Positions 41,642 to 51,315 of a DNA stretch of 64,000 bases are shown piece after piece. The stretch comes from a virus (Duplodnaviria > Heunggongvirae > Uroviricota > Caudoviricetes), in IMG/VR virus record IMGVR_UViG_2537561979_000003. The stretch is one strand, 5' to 3'. Position numbers and translations under genes: made by a program. Below the pieces are notes generated by a model. The model had not been told where the DNA came from and searched no databases. It was given only the letters and a program-made list of their open reading frames with translations. Numbering within the stretch: position 1 is the first letter of the stretch; every line of letters begins with the position of its first letter.

Positions 41642-43231
41642 ATGTCTCAATATTCAATTCAACAGTCATTAGGTAATGCATCCGGCGTCGCGGTTAGCCC
41701 GATCAATGCCGATGCGACGTTATCTACCGGTGTTGCATTAAATAGCAGCTTGTGGGCTGGTATTGGCGTATTTGCGCGTGGCAAGCCGTTTACTGTTCTT
41801 GCGGTTACTGAGTCCAATTACGAAGATGTTCTCGGCGAACCGCTGAAGCCGTCTTCCGGCTCACAGTTCGAACCAATTCGCCATGTATACGAAGCTATTC
41901 AGCAAACATCTGGTTATGTTGTTCGCGCTGTTCCGGATGATGCGAAGTTCCCGATTATTATGTTCGATGAATCAGGCGAACCGGCTTACAGTGCGTTGCC
42001 ATACGGTTCTGAAATTGAACTTGATAGTGGCGAAGCCTTTGCTATCTACGTTGATGATGGTGATCCGTGTATTTCACCTACCCGTGAGTTAACCATCGAA
42101 ACGGCAACAGCGGACAGCGCGGGTAATGAACGCTTCCTCTTAAAACTGACCCAGACGACTTCGCTCGGCGTGGTAACGACCCTGGAGACACACACTGTGT
42201 CTTTGGCGGAAGAAGCGAAAGATGACATGGGCCGCTTGTGTTATCTGCCTACGGCTCTGGAAGCCCGTTCTAAATATCTGCGCGCGGTTGTTAATGAAGA
42301 GCTGATTTCGACAGCGAAAGTAACAAACAAAAAATCGTTGGCGTTCACTGGCGGTACCAACGGCGATCAGTCGAAAATCTCAACCGCTGCGTACCTGCGT
42401 GCGGTGAAAGTGCTGAACAATGCGCCGTACATGTACACCGCTGTTCTCGGCCTGGGTTGCTATGACAATGCGGCGATCACTGCGTTAGGTAATATCTGTT
42501 CTGATCGCTTGATTGATGGCTTCTTTGATGTCAAACCGACATTGACGTACACGGAAGCGATCTCTGCTGTTGAAGATACCGGTTTACTTGGTACCGATTA
42601 TGTAAGCTGTGCTGTCTATCATTTCCCGTTCTCCTGCAAAGACAAATGGACCCAATCCCGCGTGGTCTTCGGTCTGTCTGGCGCGGCGTATGCAGCGAAA
42701 GCTCGTGGCGTCAAGAAAAACTCCGATGTCGGCGGTTGGCATTACTCACCGGCTGGTGAAGAACGTGCCGTCATTGCTCGTGCATCACTTCAACCGCTGT
42801 ATCCGGAAGACACCCCGGACGAAGAAGCTATGGTCAAGGGCCGACTCAATAAAGTATCTGTAGGTACTTCTGGCCAGATGATCATCGACGATGCTTTAAC
42901 TTGCTGCACGCAGGATAACTATCTGCACTTCCAGCACGTCCCATCCCTGATGAATGCAATCAGCCGTTTCTTTGTCCAGTTAGCCCGACAGATGAAGCAT
43001 AGCCCGGACGGTATTACTGCGGCTGGCCTGACTAAAGGGATGACCAAACTTTTAGATCGCTTTGTCGCCTCCGGCGCTCTGGTGGCTCCTCGTGATCCTG
43101 ATGCTGACGGTACAGAACCGTATGTGCTGAAAGTTACGCAGGCGGAATTCGATAAATGGGAAGTAGTCTGGGCCTGCTGCCCGACTGGCGTAGCCCGTCG
43201 TATCCAGGGCGTACCGCTGCTTATTAAGTAA
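41642..43231 (+). CDS. Late structural protein, 529 aa (tail-sheath-size candidate)
   Basis: Long ORF in late operon. Confidence 0.45.
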   Translation: MSQYSIQQSLGNASGVAVSPINADATLSTGVALNSSLWAGIGVFARGKPFTVLAVTESNYEDVLGEPLKPSSGSQFEPIRHVYEAIQQTSGYVVRAVPDDAKFPIIMFDESGEPAYSALPYGSEIELDSGEAFAIYVDDGDPCISPTRELTIETATADSAGNERFLLKLTQTTSLGVVTTLETHTVSLAEEAKDDMGRLCYLPTALEARSKYLRAVVNEELISTAKVTNKKSLAFTGGTNGDQSKISTAAYLRAVKVLNNAPYMYTAVLGLGCYDNAAITALGNICSDRLIDGFFDVKPTLTYTEAISAVEDTGLLGTDYVSCAVYHFPFSCKDKWTQSRVVFGLSGAAYAAKARGVKKNSDVGGWHYSPAGEERAVIARASLQPLYPEDTPDEEAMVKGRLNKVSVGTSGQMIIDDALTCCTQDNYLHFQHVPSLMNAISRFFVQLARQMKHSPDGITAAGLTKGMTKLLDRFVASGALVAPRDPDADGTEPYVLKVTQAEFDKWEVVWACCPTGVARRIQGVPLLIK

Positions 43232-43240
43232 GGGAATACA

Positions 43241-44056
43241 ATGAGCAAAAACTTTTTTCAATCCGGGGCATTTTTGGGGAATGGACTGTCTCGTTTCGCT
43301 TTGAACTCTGATCCTGTGCAGCTGATGGAGTCTGCCCGAGCAAGCGCCGAACCGCCAACAGATCCGGTTATTAATAATAATCCGGAACCGGCGGCACAGA
43401 CTTACGAAAACGTTCCATCTGCCCCGGCTCCTGAGCAAATCCTGGAAGGGAAAGACGGTAAAGAATGGACCGTCGAACAGGCGCACCAGATGATTCTGGA
43501 AGCCGCAAATCGAAGTGCTATGCAGAATGCGTTGAGTGATGCGGCCGACGCCGTTTTCGCCTGGGCTGATAGCGGTGATCTGACTTTCGACTCCCTTGAT
43601 GGTTTCGTTCAGGCTATCGCTGGTATCTCTGATGACGACGACTCCGAAGTTACAGAAGAACAGGACGATGCCTATAACGAAGCATGGGCAAATGTTGCTG
43701 ACTTCCTCGCAGCATGCGGTGTAGATGATGACCTGATCGAAGCACTGGCTGACGATGAAGACGACGACGCAGCTGCTGATGTTGGTGCCTCTATCGCTGG
43801 TTTAGATAGCGACGACCGCGACGAACTGGAAGCGGCGTTTGTTGTTGCTGGCACTTCTGATGAAATGCTGACTGAAGCATTTAAGAAGGTTGTTCGTAAC
43901 GGTGAGATCAAACTCATCCGTAAACGCCTGCGTAAAAAACGTCTGACTGCGGCTCAAAAATCGGCGCTGAAAAAAGCGCGTCGAAAAGCCCAGACCGGCG
44001 CGGCAAAACTTGCCCGCAAAAAGTCAATGAAACTGCGCCGTAAGCGCCTTGGCTAA
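43241..44056 (+). CDS. Acidic protein with basic C-terminal tail, 271 aa
   Basis: D/E-rich middle, K/R-rich C-terminus. Confidence 0.5.
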   Translation: MSKNFFQSGAFLGNGLSRFALNSDPVQLMESARASAEPPTDPVINNNPEPAAQTYENVPSAPAPEQILEGKDGKEWTVEQAHQMILEAANRSAMQNALSDAADAVFAWADSGDLTFDSLDGFVQAIAGISDDDDSEVTEEQDDAYNEAWANVADFLAACGVDDDLIEALADDEDDDAAADVGASIAGLDSDDRDELEAAFVVAGTSDEMLTEAFKKVVRNGEIKLIRKRLRKKRLTAAQKSALKKARRKAQTGAAKLARKKSMKLRRKRLG

Positions 44057-44091
44057 AGGAGGAGGCCGGAGAACTCCGGCCTTTAACTTGA

Positions 44092-44673
44092 ATGGCACCT
44101 ATTCCTTATGGGGTTTACAGCCAGGCTGACGGTGTATCGCCATTTCTGAAAGTTACTTTAACGAACTCTCAGTACCAGGTTACCGGATATATCAGCCAGG
44201 GGGCGGCAATGAACATGGCCCAGAATTGGGAAGCGCCGTTTACCGGTATGTCCATGGGATCTGTTGCTGGTGCCTTCAGTGGTTTTGCGCAGGTTGGTAC
44301 TGAAACAACGTCGGTTGCCCGTTGGAACAGCTTAATGGTTTGGGAAGGGGGAACACCGCCGACTTTCACGCTGCCAGTAACTTTCATCGCTTTGTTTGAC
44401 CCATTCACGGAGGTTTCAGGAGCTATCGCCGCATTGTCAGCGATGATTAGTCCGGAACTTAAAGATGCCAGTATTGGTGGTCGAATCCCGGAGCGCGTGA
44501 CGCTAAACATTGGTCGCCGGATCAACATCATTGATGTCGCTATCCAGGACATAAGTTTCGATCTCGATGCGCCCAGGGACAGCAATGGGCATTTCCTGAA
44601 AAACACCGTCAACCTCCAGTTGACCGGTTCTTCGATATATAACAGCTCCGATATTGTTCGGGCGTTCCAGTAA
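44092..44673 (+). CDS. Late structural protein, 193 aa
   Basis: ORF in late operon. Confidence 0.5.
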   Translation: MAPIPYGVYSQADGVSPFLKVTLTNSQYQVTGYISQGAAMNMAQNWEAPFTGMSMGSVAGAFSGFAQVGTETTSVARWNSLMVWEGGTPPTFTLPVTFIALFDPFTEVSGAIAALSAMISPELKDASIGGRIPERVTLNIGRRINIIDVAIQDISFDLDAPRDSNGHFLKNTVNLQLTGSSIYNSSDIVRAFQ

Positions 44674-44684
44674 AAGGATTTTAT

Positions 44685-45194
44685 ATGGGGCACAATAACA
44701 CTAAGGGAAACCGTAAATTTATTAAGGGCCGCTATACTGCCAACGCGGCCAAAGGCGAACGACTGGTATCTTCTGAATTCCAGCTCACTTTTGCAGGCCA
44801 TGAAGATATCAGCGTACTGGTTCGCACGTCGCAAATTCCTGAAATGACCCGCGAGGATGTGGAGGACTATGGTCCGAATGGTGTGAAGTTCAACCAGCAC
44901 GGTCCAATTCGAAACTCTGGGGAAATCCAGGTCCAGTGCGTGGAGACTATCGAAGGCGATATTCTTCAGTTCATTAAAGATCGCATTGCGGCGAAGGACT
45001 ATGTTGATATCACGATGGCTGCGACCCCTGAATCCAAATCTTCCGGGGTTAATGCTGTGACAAAAGCTGCTACAACAATTGAAATGTTGGACTGCAAAAT
45101 CTACAGTGATGCAATCGACTTTAGTACCGAAGATGTGACTGCCGCTGTGCGCCCGTCACTTCGTATCGTTTACAACTGGATTGAGTGGGATTAA
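44685..45194 (+). CDS. Late structural protein, 169 aa (tail-tube-size)
   Basis: ORF followed by strong terminator. Confidence 0.5.
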   Translation: MGHNNTKGNRKFIKGRYTANAAKGERLVSSEFQLTFAGHEDISVLVRTSQIPEMTREDVEDYGPNGVKFNQHGPIRNSGEIQVQCVETIEGDILQFIKDRIAAKDYVDITMAATPESKSSGVNAVTKAATTIEMLDCKIYSDAIDFSTEDVTAAVRPSLRIVYNWIEWD

Positions 45195-45213
45195 GAGTCA
45201 TCCCTTGTATTTT

Positions 45214-45237
45214 AAAGCTCCTTCGGGAGCTTTTTTG
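45214..45237 (+). terminator. Intrinsic terminator
   Basis: aaagctcc-ttcg-ggagcttt followed by TTTTTT. Confidence 0.7.
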
Positions 45238-45277
45238 TGCTTAAATTATGCCGGTATAGATAGATTTTGAGCATGTT

Positions 45278-45574
45278 ATGGAAATTGATTTTTCATACTC
45301 TCCTGAGACGATAGAAAGAAGATTCGAAATAATTGGATGCATAACTATTTCAGATGAGCATTATTGGGTTCTCTATGATGCCAATACATGGTTATGTGCC
45401 TTAGCAGAATGTCAGCCATCGTTATGTGTAGGGGAGGGGGCTTTTCGACATAAGGTGCTGGCTACACTTGAAGTGAACACGTTACGATATTGGTGTGTAG
45501 AAATACTTAGTGATAACAAAGAATTGCATTTATTATTGCTGAATAAGTGTGCTTCTCTGCGCAGAAACGCATGA
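45278..45574 (+). CDS. Hypothetical Cys-containing protein, 98 aa, in AT-rich island
   Basis: ATG with own promoter-like AT-rich leader; convergent with next two genes. Confidence 0.45.
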   Translation: MEIDFSYSPETIERRFEIIGCITISDEHYWVLYDANTWLCALAECQPSLCVGEGAFRHKVLATLEVNTLRYWCVEILSDNKELHLLLLNKCASLRRNA

Positions 45575-45701
45575 GAAAACCCAACCGCTCTCCAGGAATT
45601 ATCAGAAGAATATATGCGGAAAGTTATAGCTAGCTATTGAAAAGCTAAAGTAGATCGGTTAGATTTGCCTTACTCATCTACCATGTGTAGAAAGAGCGAT
45701 C

Positions 45702-45742
45702 GAACCCGATACATAGCAATATGTGTCGGGTTCAGCTTTTTT
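45702..45742. terminator. Bidirectional terminator between convergent genes
   Basis: gaacccga-N16-tcgggttc stem followed by TTTTTT. Confidence 0.55.
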
Positions 45743-46205
45743 ATGTCCCAAGTGCTCTTTTTCTGCTTTGTTTGAGTGTTCTGATTTTACTGTCATAGGT
45801 TACAACATAGGCTGTTTTGAGAAGCCAATAGTCTCTACGTGCGGATAGCACAACAACGTAGTTTTCACACTCATTCCAGATTACCCACTCTTCAGTTGGT
45901 CCTCGTCTTTCAGACCAACATGATATATCGCAATGGTTATAATTCCTTATCATATGCGCGATCCAGCGAATTCGCTTGCACCGTTCAAGATCGGGTATAC
46001 GTTCTTCTTCTTTTTTTCCCTCTGATACTAAATGCCAAAATCCGAACTCTTTCCCATCATATTCCGGTGAATAACGTAATCGAACAGGGAGACCCTTAAA
46101 CGTTATATTAGAGATTAAAATGTCTTCTCTGACAACATCATATACATCGTCTATATACTCTTGCCAACTTCCATTGAAGTACAATAAATCTGGCATTTGA
46201 AGCAT
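45741..46205 (-). CDS. Hypothetical protein, about 154 aa, partner of DUF3800-like gene
   Basis: Start (MLQMPDLLYF) overlaps stop of upstream gene; AT-rich. Confidence 0.5.
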   Translation of the reverse strand: MLQMPDLLYFNGSWQEYIDDVYDVVREDILISNITFKGLPVRLRYSPEYDGKEFGFWHLVSEGKKEEERIPDLERCKRIRWIAHMIRNYNHCDISCWSERRGPTEEWVIWNECENYVVVLSARRDYWLLKTAYVVTYDSKIRTLKQSRKRALGT

Positions 46206-46909
46206 CAGCGAGCCTCCCACACGAAAATATTAAATTTACTTTCTGTTGGAAGAGTGCTTTTTAGTAACTCCCTGTTTGTATGTGATTTTATCCTGTTTAT
46301 GACTTGGATTTTTCCCGCGTTGCTATTCATTCCTCGATGAACGTAGCCTAACGCACCAATGAAAAGATCCGTTAGCTGCAATTGTTGCACTTCATGAGAT
46401 CGTATATGTTGAATTCTGTTTATCGACTCATGATTGTAATCATAGCGATCATTGTGAAGAACCCCTCTTAATTTCTCAATTTTTTCAATACCTAAAGTAT
46501 CTTTTATATCTAGGTAGATATTGTATGTGTTGTTACTTTCTATTATGTTTTTTAAGACATAAAAAAACATCTTATAATAGAAAGTATTATGATCTTGATG
46601 GAATCGAGCATGGTCCAGTTGCTCTTTATCAGGAACAACAACACCTCTAAAGCGCAATGCTGGGTTGCTGAAGAAGTAATCTACGACATCTAAGTAAAAT
46701 TCAACTTTGGACGCAGATACTTTAGTCCACTTGATTTCGAAATCAGGTTTTAGATTGTGTTTTAATTTTAATTCCTTGATGTCTCTAGCAATTTTTTTTG
46801 TGATAGAGCCAGGACACCAAAGTGCACCCAATACCATGACTTTATTATGATCATTTAGTAGGTGACAGGATTCATCGCAGAATACATTAAATGTTCTTCG
46901 GTTCAACAT
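46205..46909 (-). CDS. DUF3800-like protein, 234 aa
   Basis: N-terminal ..FNVFCDESCHL.. resembles the DES motif of DUF3800; tentative. Confidence 0.45.
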   Translation of the reverse strand: MLNRRTFNVFCDESCHLLNDHNKVMVLGALWCPGSITKKIARDIKELKLKHNLKPDFEIKWTKVSASKVEFYLDVVDYFFSNPALRFRGVVVPDKEQLDHARFHQDHNTFYYKMFFYVLKNIIESNNTYNIYLDIKDTLGIEKIEKLRGVLHNDRYDYNHESINRIQHIRSHEVQQLQLTDLFIGALGYVHRGMNSNAGKIQVINRIKSHTNRELLKSTLPTESKFNIFVWEAR

Positions 46910-47057
46910 GTTAACTCCACTTATTGTTAGGTAGAATTGTCCGTTAGTTGTTTATTAATTGCAATAAAGGGACGTCCAGATTTGACAACTATGTCCTCTT
47001 ACCAGGACACCTATGAGTTTGCCTCATGGCAAACTAGAGGTGTTGAAAGTATGCATG

Positions 47058-47074
47058 GTTATAATTAGAGCAAT
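47058..47074 (-). promoter_or_regulatory. Weak C1-operator-like site (12/17)
   Basis: ATTGCTCTAATTATAAC on minus strand. Confidence 0.3.
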
Positions 47075-47077
47075 TCA

Positions 47078-47347
47078 TTACCCTCTGAATCCTGCCGGTA
47101 TACCCCATTGTTCGTTATCTTTATTTTTGGCTAAAACCGCATTAAGAGCTTCGTTTACCGTCATGCAATGCGGCAGATTATCGAAGTTTGATATCCCGCC
47201 AATATCAGGAGAACGCTTGTTCTTCAGGAAAGCATATTTCCGCGAAGCCGCCTCTACTTTCTGCTTGAACTCATGTTTTTGAGCGCGTTTTTTGGATAAC
47301 CGCAGATTGTCTGCCTTTGCTTTTGCCTCAGCGATCCAGGAAGTCAA
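47078..47347 (-). CDS. Small basic protein, 89 aa
   Basis: ATGA overlap with upstream HTH gene. Confidence 0.4.
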   Translation of the reverse strand: MTSWIAEAKAKADNLRLSKKRAQKHEFKQKVEAASRKYAFLKNKRSPDIGGISNFDNLPHCMTVNEALNAVLAKNKDNEQWGIPAGFRG

Positions 47348-47922
47348 ATTTTTGAGCCTGGTCGTTCCGGCACCGCCGGAAACTGATCTTTTTGTTTTTT
47401 AATTTGTGACTTCTTATTCTTTATTGCCACGTCATCCTGACAGGGGGAGGGGGTATCATTTTGACATGGGGGTGTGGATAAAAAATTAAATAAAGCCAAT
47501 GTCTTAGCGAGAACAGCTTTAACCTTGGTTGCCGCTGAAGAGATCTTTAATTTGCTTTCAATCAGCGCATTTTTGGCTTGTTGTGCGAAGGCCAAAAAGG
47601 ATGGTGTAAACCGGTACAGGTTAGCGCGACGTTCATGGTGATCGCCGATAACAATCTCTACAGACAGAATTCCTTTGTTTACAGCTTCACGGAATGCACG
47701 AACGACGGTTGATTGGCTATAACCAGTTTCTGCCGCGATCAGGCGGTGAGGCTTGTGAATGAAGTATTCACTGGTTGTTGCCGCGAGATTTGCACATTGC
47801 GACAGGATATGCCCGGCGCTACGGGATAGACCGGAGTGTGTTACAAAGCAGGCCAATTCATAGCCAGAAAAAGTAAAATCGCTCATCGTTATACAGCTCA
47901 GGAAAGTGACTTTAGCCAGCAT
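47344..47922 (-). CDS. HTH protein, possible RepL-type lytic-replication protein (start may be ATG at 47886)
   Basis: HTH-like TGYSQSTVVRAFREAVNKGIL; position directly downstream of kilA-like gene. Confidence 0.4.
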   Translation of the reverse strand: MLAKVTFLSCITMSDFTFSGYELACFVTHSGLSRSAGHILSQCANLAATTSEYFIHKPHRLIAAETGYSQSTVVRAFREAVNKGILSVEIVIGDHHERRANLYRFTPSFLAFAQQAKNALIESKLKISSAATKVKAVLAKTLALFNFLSTPPCQNDTPSPCQDDVAIKNKKSQIKKQKDQFPAVPERPGSKI

Positions 47923-47951
47923 TACAATGCTGGTGGTTCTTACTACGTTTG

Positions 47952-48752
47952 TTAGCGCGTTGCCGCGACAGGTACCAGCACACCAGCATCAAGCAATCGC
48001 TTCATAAGCCACTGCTGACCTTTGCCGGTTATACGAGTCGTGAAAGAAATCCTGCTTCCATTGCTTGTATCGATCACGGTTTCTTTGAGGGTGAAGTACC
48101 CACGGGATATGTATTCTTGTTTTGGGACGTTCCTGCGCTCACCGGTTGCGATCAGAATTCCGTTATCACGCAACCAGGTGAAGAGATAGTTTTGGCCCAG
48201 GCCGAGCACTTTGGCATAGTTGCCGATTAGAACCCCGCTGGCGGTAGCAACGCGTTCGGCAAATTCGACTTTAGGGGCATCCAGAAGCATTTTTTGCTCC
48301 AGCCGTTGCTTTTGCTCTGCCAGGTCGGCAGCCAAACGGAGAGCTTCAGGGAGACTCTGCGGAATAGCAGGTTGTAATCTTCCGGCTCGATAGTCGATAA
48401 ATGTCTGGTTTACCTTCAGCCGAAACGCGGGAGAAATCCAGCCTGCGTACTCCACTGCGAGCAATTCATGGGCAAAAGTGCCGCCGCCACGGCCTTCGAA
48501 CGAAACTATGCAATTCTGCATAGTTTCTTTTTCAAGCTCTTCGATGAGCTGTTTAGCTGACAGCGTTCTTAGCCATTGAGCTGGCGCTTTATGGGCACCG
48601 AGTCCGCTCGCTCTGTGTAGAGCATTAAGGTTGTAACGGCCAACGCGGTCGGTCGTAATTTCAACACCACAAATAACGGGCAGAGTGGTTGAAGGATCGA
48701 CATTTTGATGAAGGTTTGATATATTCATATCCGCATTGAATGTTTGTTGCAT
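47952..48752 (-). CDS. kilA: KilA-N + KilA-C domain protein, 266 aa
   Basis: C-terminal domain shared with both antirepressor-like genes; sits behind an operator-like site. Confidence 0.65.
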   Translation of the reverse strand: MQQTFNADMNISNLHQNVDPSTTLPVICGVEITTDRVGRYNLNALHRASGLGAHKAPAQWLRTLSAKQLIEELEKETMQNCIVSFEGRGGGTFAHELLAVEYAGWISPAFRLKVNQTFIDYRAGRLQPAIPQSLPEALRLAADLAEQKQRLEQKMLLDAPKVEFAERVATASGVLIGNYAKVLGLGQNYLFTWLRDNGILIATGERRNVPKQEYISRGYFTLKETVIDTSNGSRISFTTRITGKGQQWLMKRLLDAGVLVPVAATR

Positions 48753-48821
48753 TTTTTCTCCAAATTTGCATCAACCTTCAATCACCAGCTCGAAATGGTG
48801 ATTCTTTGCACTTAGAAAACG

Positions 48822-48838
48822 AAATTTATTAGAGCAAA
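48822..48838 (-). promoter_or_regulatory. C1-operator-like 17-mer (16/17)
   Basis: TTTGCTCTAATAAATTT on minus strand upstream of kilA-like gene. Confidence 0.5.
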
Positions 48839-48916
48839 TTTTTCTAACTCGATCCAGATCGGGTTGGATGATCTGCTCAGAAACCTGCCAGTTTGCTGGC
48901 AGGTTTTTTTCTTTTG

Positions 48917-49960
48917 TTAACCTATTGCTACTGGTTTTAACAAACCAGCATCAAGTAGCTTGCGAGTTAACCACTGCTGGCCTTTACCCGTTAATTGGGG
49001 CGTCAGCCGTATCTGGTAGCCATTTTCATCATCCAGCACCACTTCTTTCACCGTGAAATACCCCGCGTTGATGTACTGTTGGCGCGGTACGTTTTTGCGC
49101 GCTCCAAAAGCCATGAGAATGCCATTCTGGCGCAACCATGAGAAAAGGGCGTTTTGCTTAAGTCCAACAACCTTTGCAAAGTTCCCGATCAGGATTCCAT
49201 TGGCCACTGATACCCGGTCGGCAAAATCGACTTTAGGGGCTGCGGCCACCAGCTGTTGTTCCAACTGCATTTTCTGTTCTGCTAACTCGGCAGCCAGGCG
49301 TAGGGCTTCTGGTAATGTCTGGGGGATCGATGGGGTAGGGGAGTTTGCCTGCTGTAATTCTTCCAGTTTGTCGATCAGCGAACGGCGGACCGCTTTTGAC
49401 TCGCGCGCGGCGACTCGCAGGGCTTGTTTGTAGGTCATGGTTATGACAACCATAGGCGTACCGCCACCTGGCGGCACGGTTGCACTTTTTGTGTAACCGT
49501 CCTCACCTTCTAATTCGTCGAGTATTTTTTCGATGAATTTGTTGTTCCGAACCTCTGGTTCCCCACATAACTTACGCGCTTCATTGACCATCTTTAACAG
49601 TGTCTGGCTGTCGATTGTGTCTCCAGTGTTGGAGATAACATTCACAGCTGGTGATGGCGTAGCTGAAGCAACAGGTGCTGGTTTTTCAGCATTCAAATTA
49701 TTACCGGTCATTCTGCGTGCCTCCTTTCTCATTTCTGCTGCCACCGTTGCGTAACGTAGACGTCCTTGTTCAATCAAATAATCCCTGATCTCGGCTATCA
49801 GTAGCCTGTTGATCACAGCCTTATCTGTTCGGGTATAAAAACGTCTGGTTATCATGAAATAGTTGGCAATTGCGCCGGGGATCTCCCGTGTCGGCATACA
49901 GGTTGTATGCAGGGCGATCGCTTCGGCTATTTCATTACGGGTGACGAGAGGTTTTTTCAT
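48917..49960 (-). CDS. Antirepressor (Ant-like; N-terminal domain + KilA-C), 347 aa
   Basis: Coupled to icd-like gene (ATGA overlap); C-terminal KilA-C domain. Confidence 0.7.
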   Translation of the reverse strand: MKKPLVTRNEIAEAIALHTTCMPTREIPGAIANYFMITRRFYTRTDKAVINRLLIAEIRDYLIEQGRLRYATVAAEMRKEARRMTGNNLNAEKPAPVASATPSPAVNVISNTGDTIDSQTLLKMVNEARKLCGEPEVRNNKFIEKILDELEGEDGYTKSATVPPGGGTPMVVITMTYKQALRVAARESKAVRRSLIDKLEELQQANSPTPSIPQTLPEALRLAAELAEQKMQLEQQLVAAAPKVDFADRVSVANGILIGNFAKVVGLKQNALFSWLRQNGILMAFGARKNVPRQQYINAGYFTVKEVVLDDENGYQIRLTPQLTGKGQQWLTRKLLDAGLLKPVAIG

Positions 49961-50178
49961 AAATCCCCCTGAACGTCGGCAGAGAAGGGGAGGTTCCAGT
50001 AACTAAGTGAATTGCGCGAGTTAGTTGAAAAACGGGCAGTAAAAATGCAGGGGCCATCAGGCAATTGAGAGCGTGCTTCGTCTTCTGTTGCTGCGATGAC
50101 GAAGTGATAGTGGTGTTTTTTACAGGAATAGAAACGCCAGATGAATTCTTGGCGTGCGCAAGGATTGGCATTAACCAT
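49957..50178 (-). CDS. Icd-like small protein, 73 aa
   Basis: Paralog of 967..1188; precedes ant. Confidence 0.45.
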   Translation of the reverse strand: MVNANPCARQEFIWRFYSCKKHHYHFVIAATEDEARSQLPDGPCIFTARFSTNSRNSLSYWNLPFSADVQGDL

Positions 50179-50179
50179 A

Positions 50180-50490
50180 GTTACGGCCTCACAATCAGGT
50201 TTAACAACCTGCTACCCGCTGCTAAACAGGTGGCAGGACGTGACGGGGTTAGCAGACTGGCGATTGTGAAACCAGCAGGCCGAAGCCTCCCCATCACGCC
50301 CCACCATAATTTGGGCGTAACGCGGTTTTACGGACACAAAAATACCGCAATATCGGATATCTGCGGCTGTCCGCACAATCATTCAGGCTGCTAAACCCGG
50401 TCGCAGAATTTGCTACGACGGCGAAACTATAAGCCTGAACGATTAAAAGGTCAATATGATGCGAAAAGATAGCATTCGCGACTTAAAAAT
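50180..50490 (-). ncRNA. Candidate c4-type antisense-RNA leader of the icd-ant operon
   Basis: 310-nt untranslated leader between operator-like site and icd; assignment by P1 analogy only. Confidence 0.25.
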
Positions 50491-50493
50491 ACA

Positions 50494-50510
50494 AATTTAT
50501 TAGAGCAGGT
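50494..50510 (-). promoter_or_regulatory. C1-operator-like 17-mer (15/17)
   Basis: CCTGCTCTAATAAATTT on minus strand upstream of leader. Confidence 0.5.
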
Positions 50511-50799
50511 GAGTGTCGTGCAATAGATGTATTATTTGTGATGAAAAATAATGCAGAGGGATATTGTTACTTTAAGATGGATATCAATAGTCGATACATA
50601 AATTAAGTTAGCAATAAACTATTAACTTAAGAAATAATGCAGATGGTGAACTTATCTCTGACTTTTCAGCTATACACAATAAGTTAGGGATAGCTTATAA
50701 AAAGTTGATTATTTGATATAAGTCAATGGGAGTATTCTTGTTTACTTTCCGTTCTCGTGGTAACTTCTCGCCGGTTTTTGTTTTTCTGGGATGATTCTT

Positions 50800-51312
50800 A
50801 TGTCTAAAAAGTATACTTTATGCGCTCTTGTTGTATCTGCAATTCTTCTTTCTGGGTGTCAATCTAGCGGTGCTGATTATGCTGCCGATGTTTATGATAC
50901 CGCTCAATTGAATTCGAAGCAGGAAACAAAGACAGTCAATATTATCTCTGTGCTTCCTGCTAAAGTGAAAGTTGATAATAAAGCTAATAAAGAAGCGGCA
51001 CAGACATTTGGTGCGGTACTGGGAGCTGTTGCTGGGGGCGTTGCCGGTTATAATGTTAAAGGCACATCGACACTGGGTGCTGTAGCTGGCGGTACTGGTG
51101 GTGCGGCTCTTGGTGCAGCGGCTGGTTCTTTGGTTAGTGATAAAACAATTGTTGAAGGTGTTTCACTGACTTATAAAGAAGGAACTAAGGTGTTCACTTC
51201 AACTCAAGTTGGTAAAGCATGCCAGTTTACAACGGGGCTTGCTGTGCTTATTTCAACTAAAGATAATGAAACTCGAATTCAGCCAAATGCTACTTGTCCA
51301 GAAAAGAAATAA
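50800..51312 (+). CDS. Lipoprotein with glycine-zipper region
   Basis: Signal peptide + lipobox LLSGC; GAVLGAVAGGVAGY..GAVAGGTGGAALGAAAG. Confidence 0.6.
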   Translation: MSKKYTLCALVVSAILLSGCQSSGADYAADVYDTAQLNSKQETKTVNIISVLPAKVKVDNKANKEAAQTFGAVLGAVAGGVAGYNVKGTSTLGAVAGGTGGAALGAAAGSLVSDKTIVEGVSLTYKEGTKVFTSTQVGKACQFTTGLAVLISTKDNETRIQPNATCPEKK

Positions 51313-51315
51313 TTT

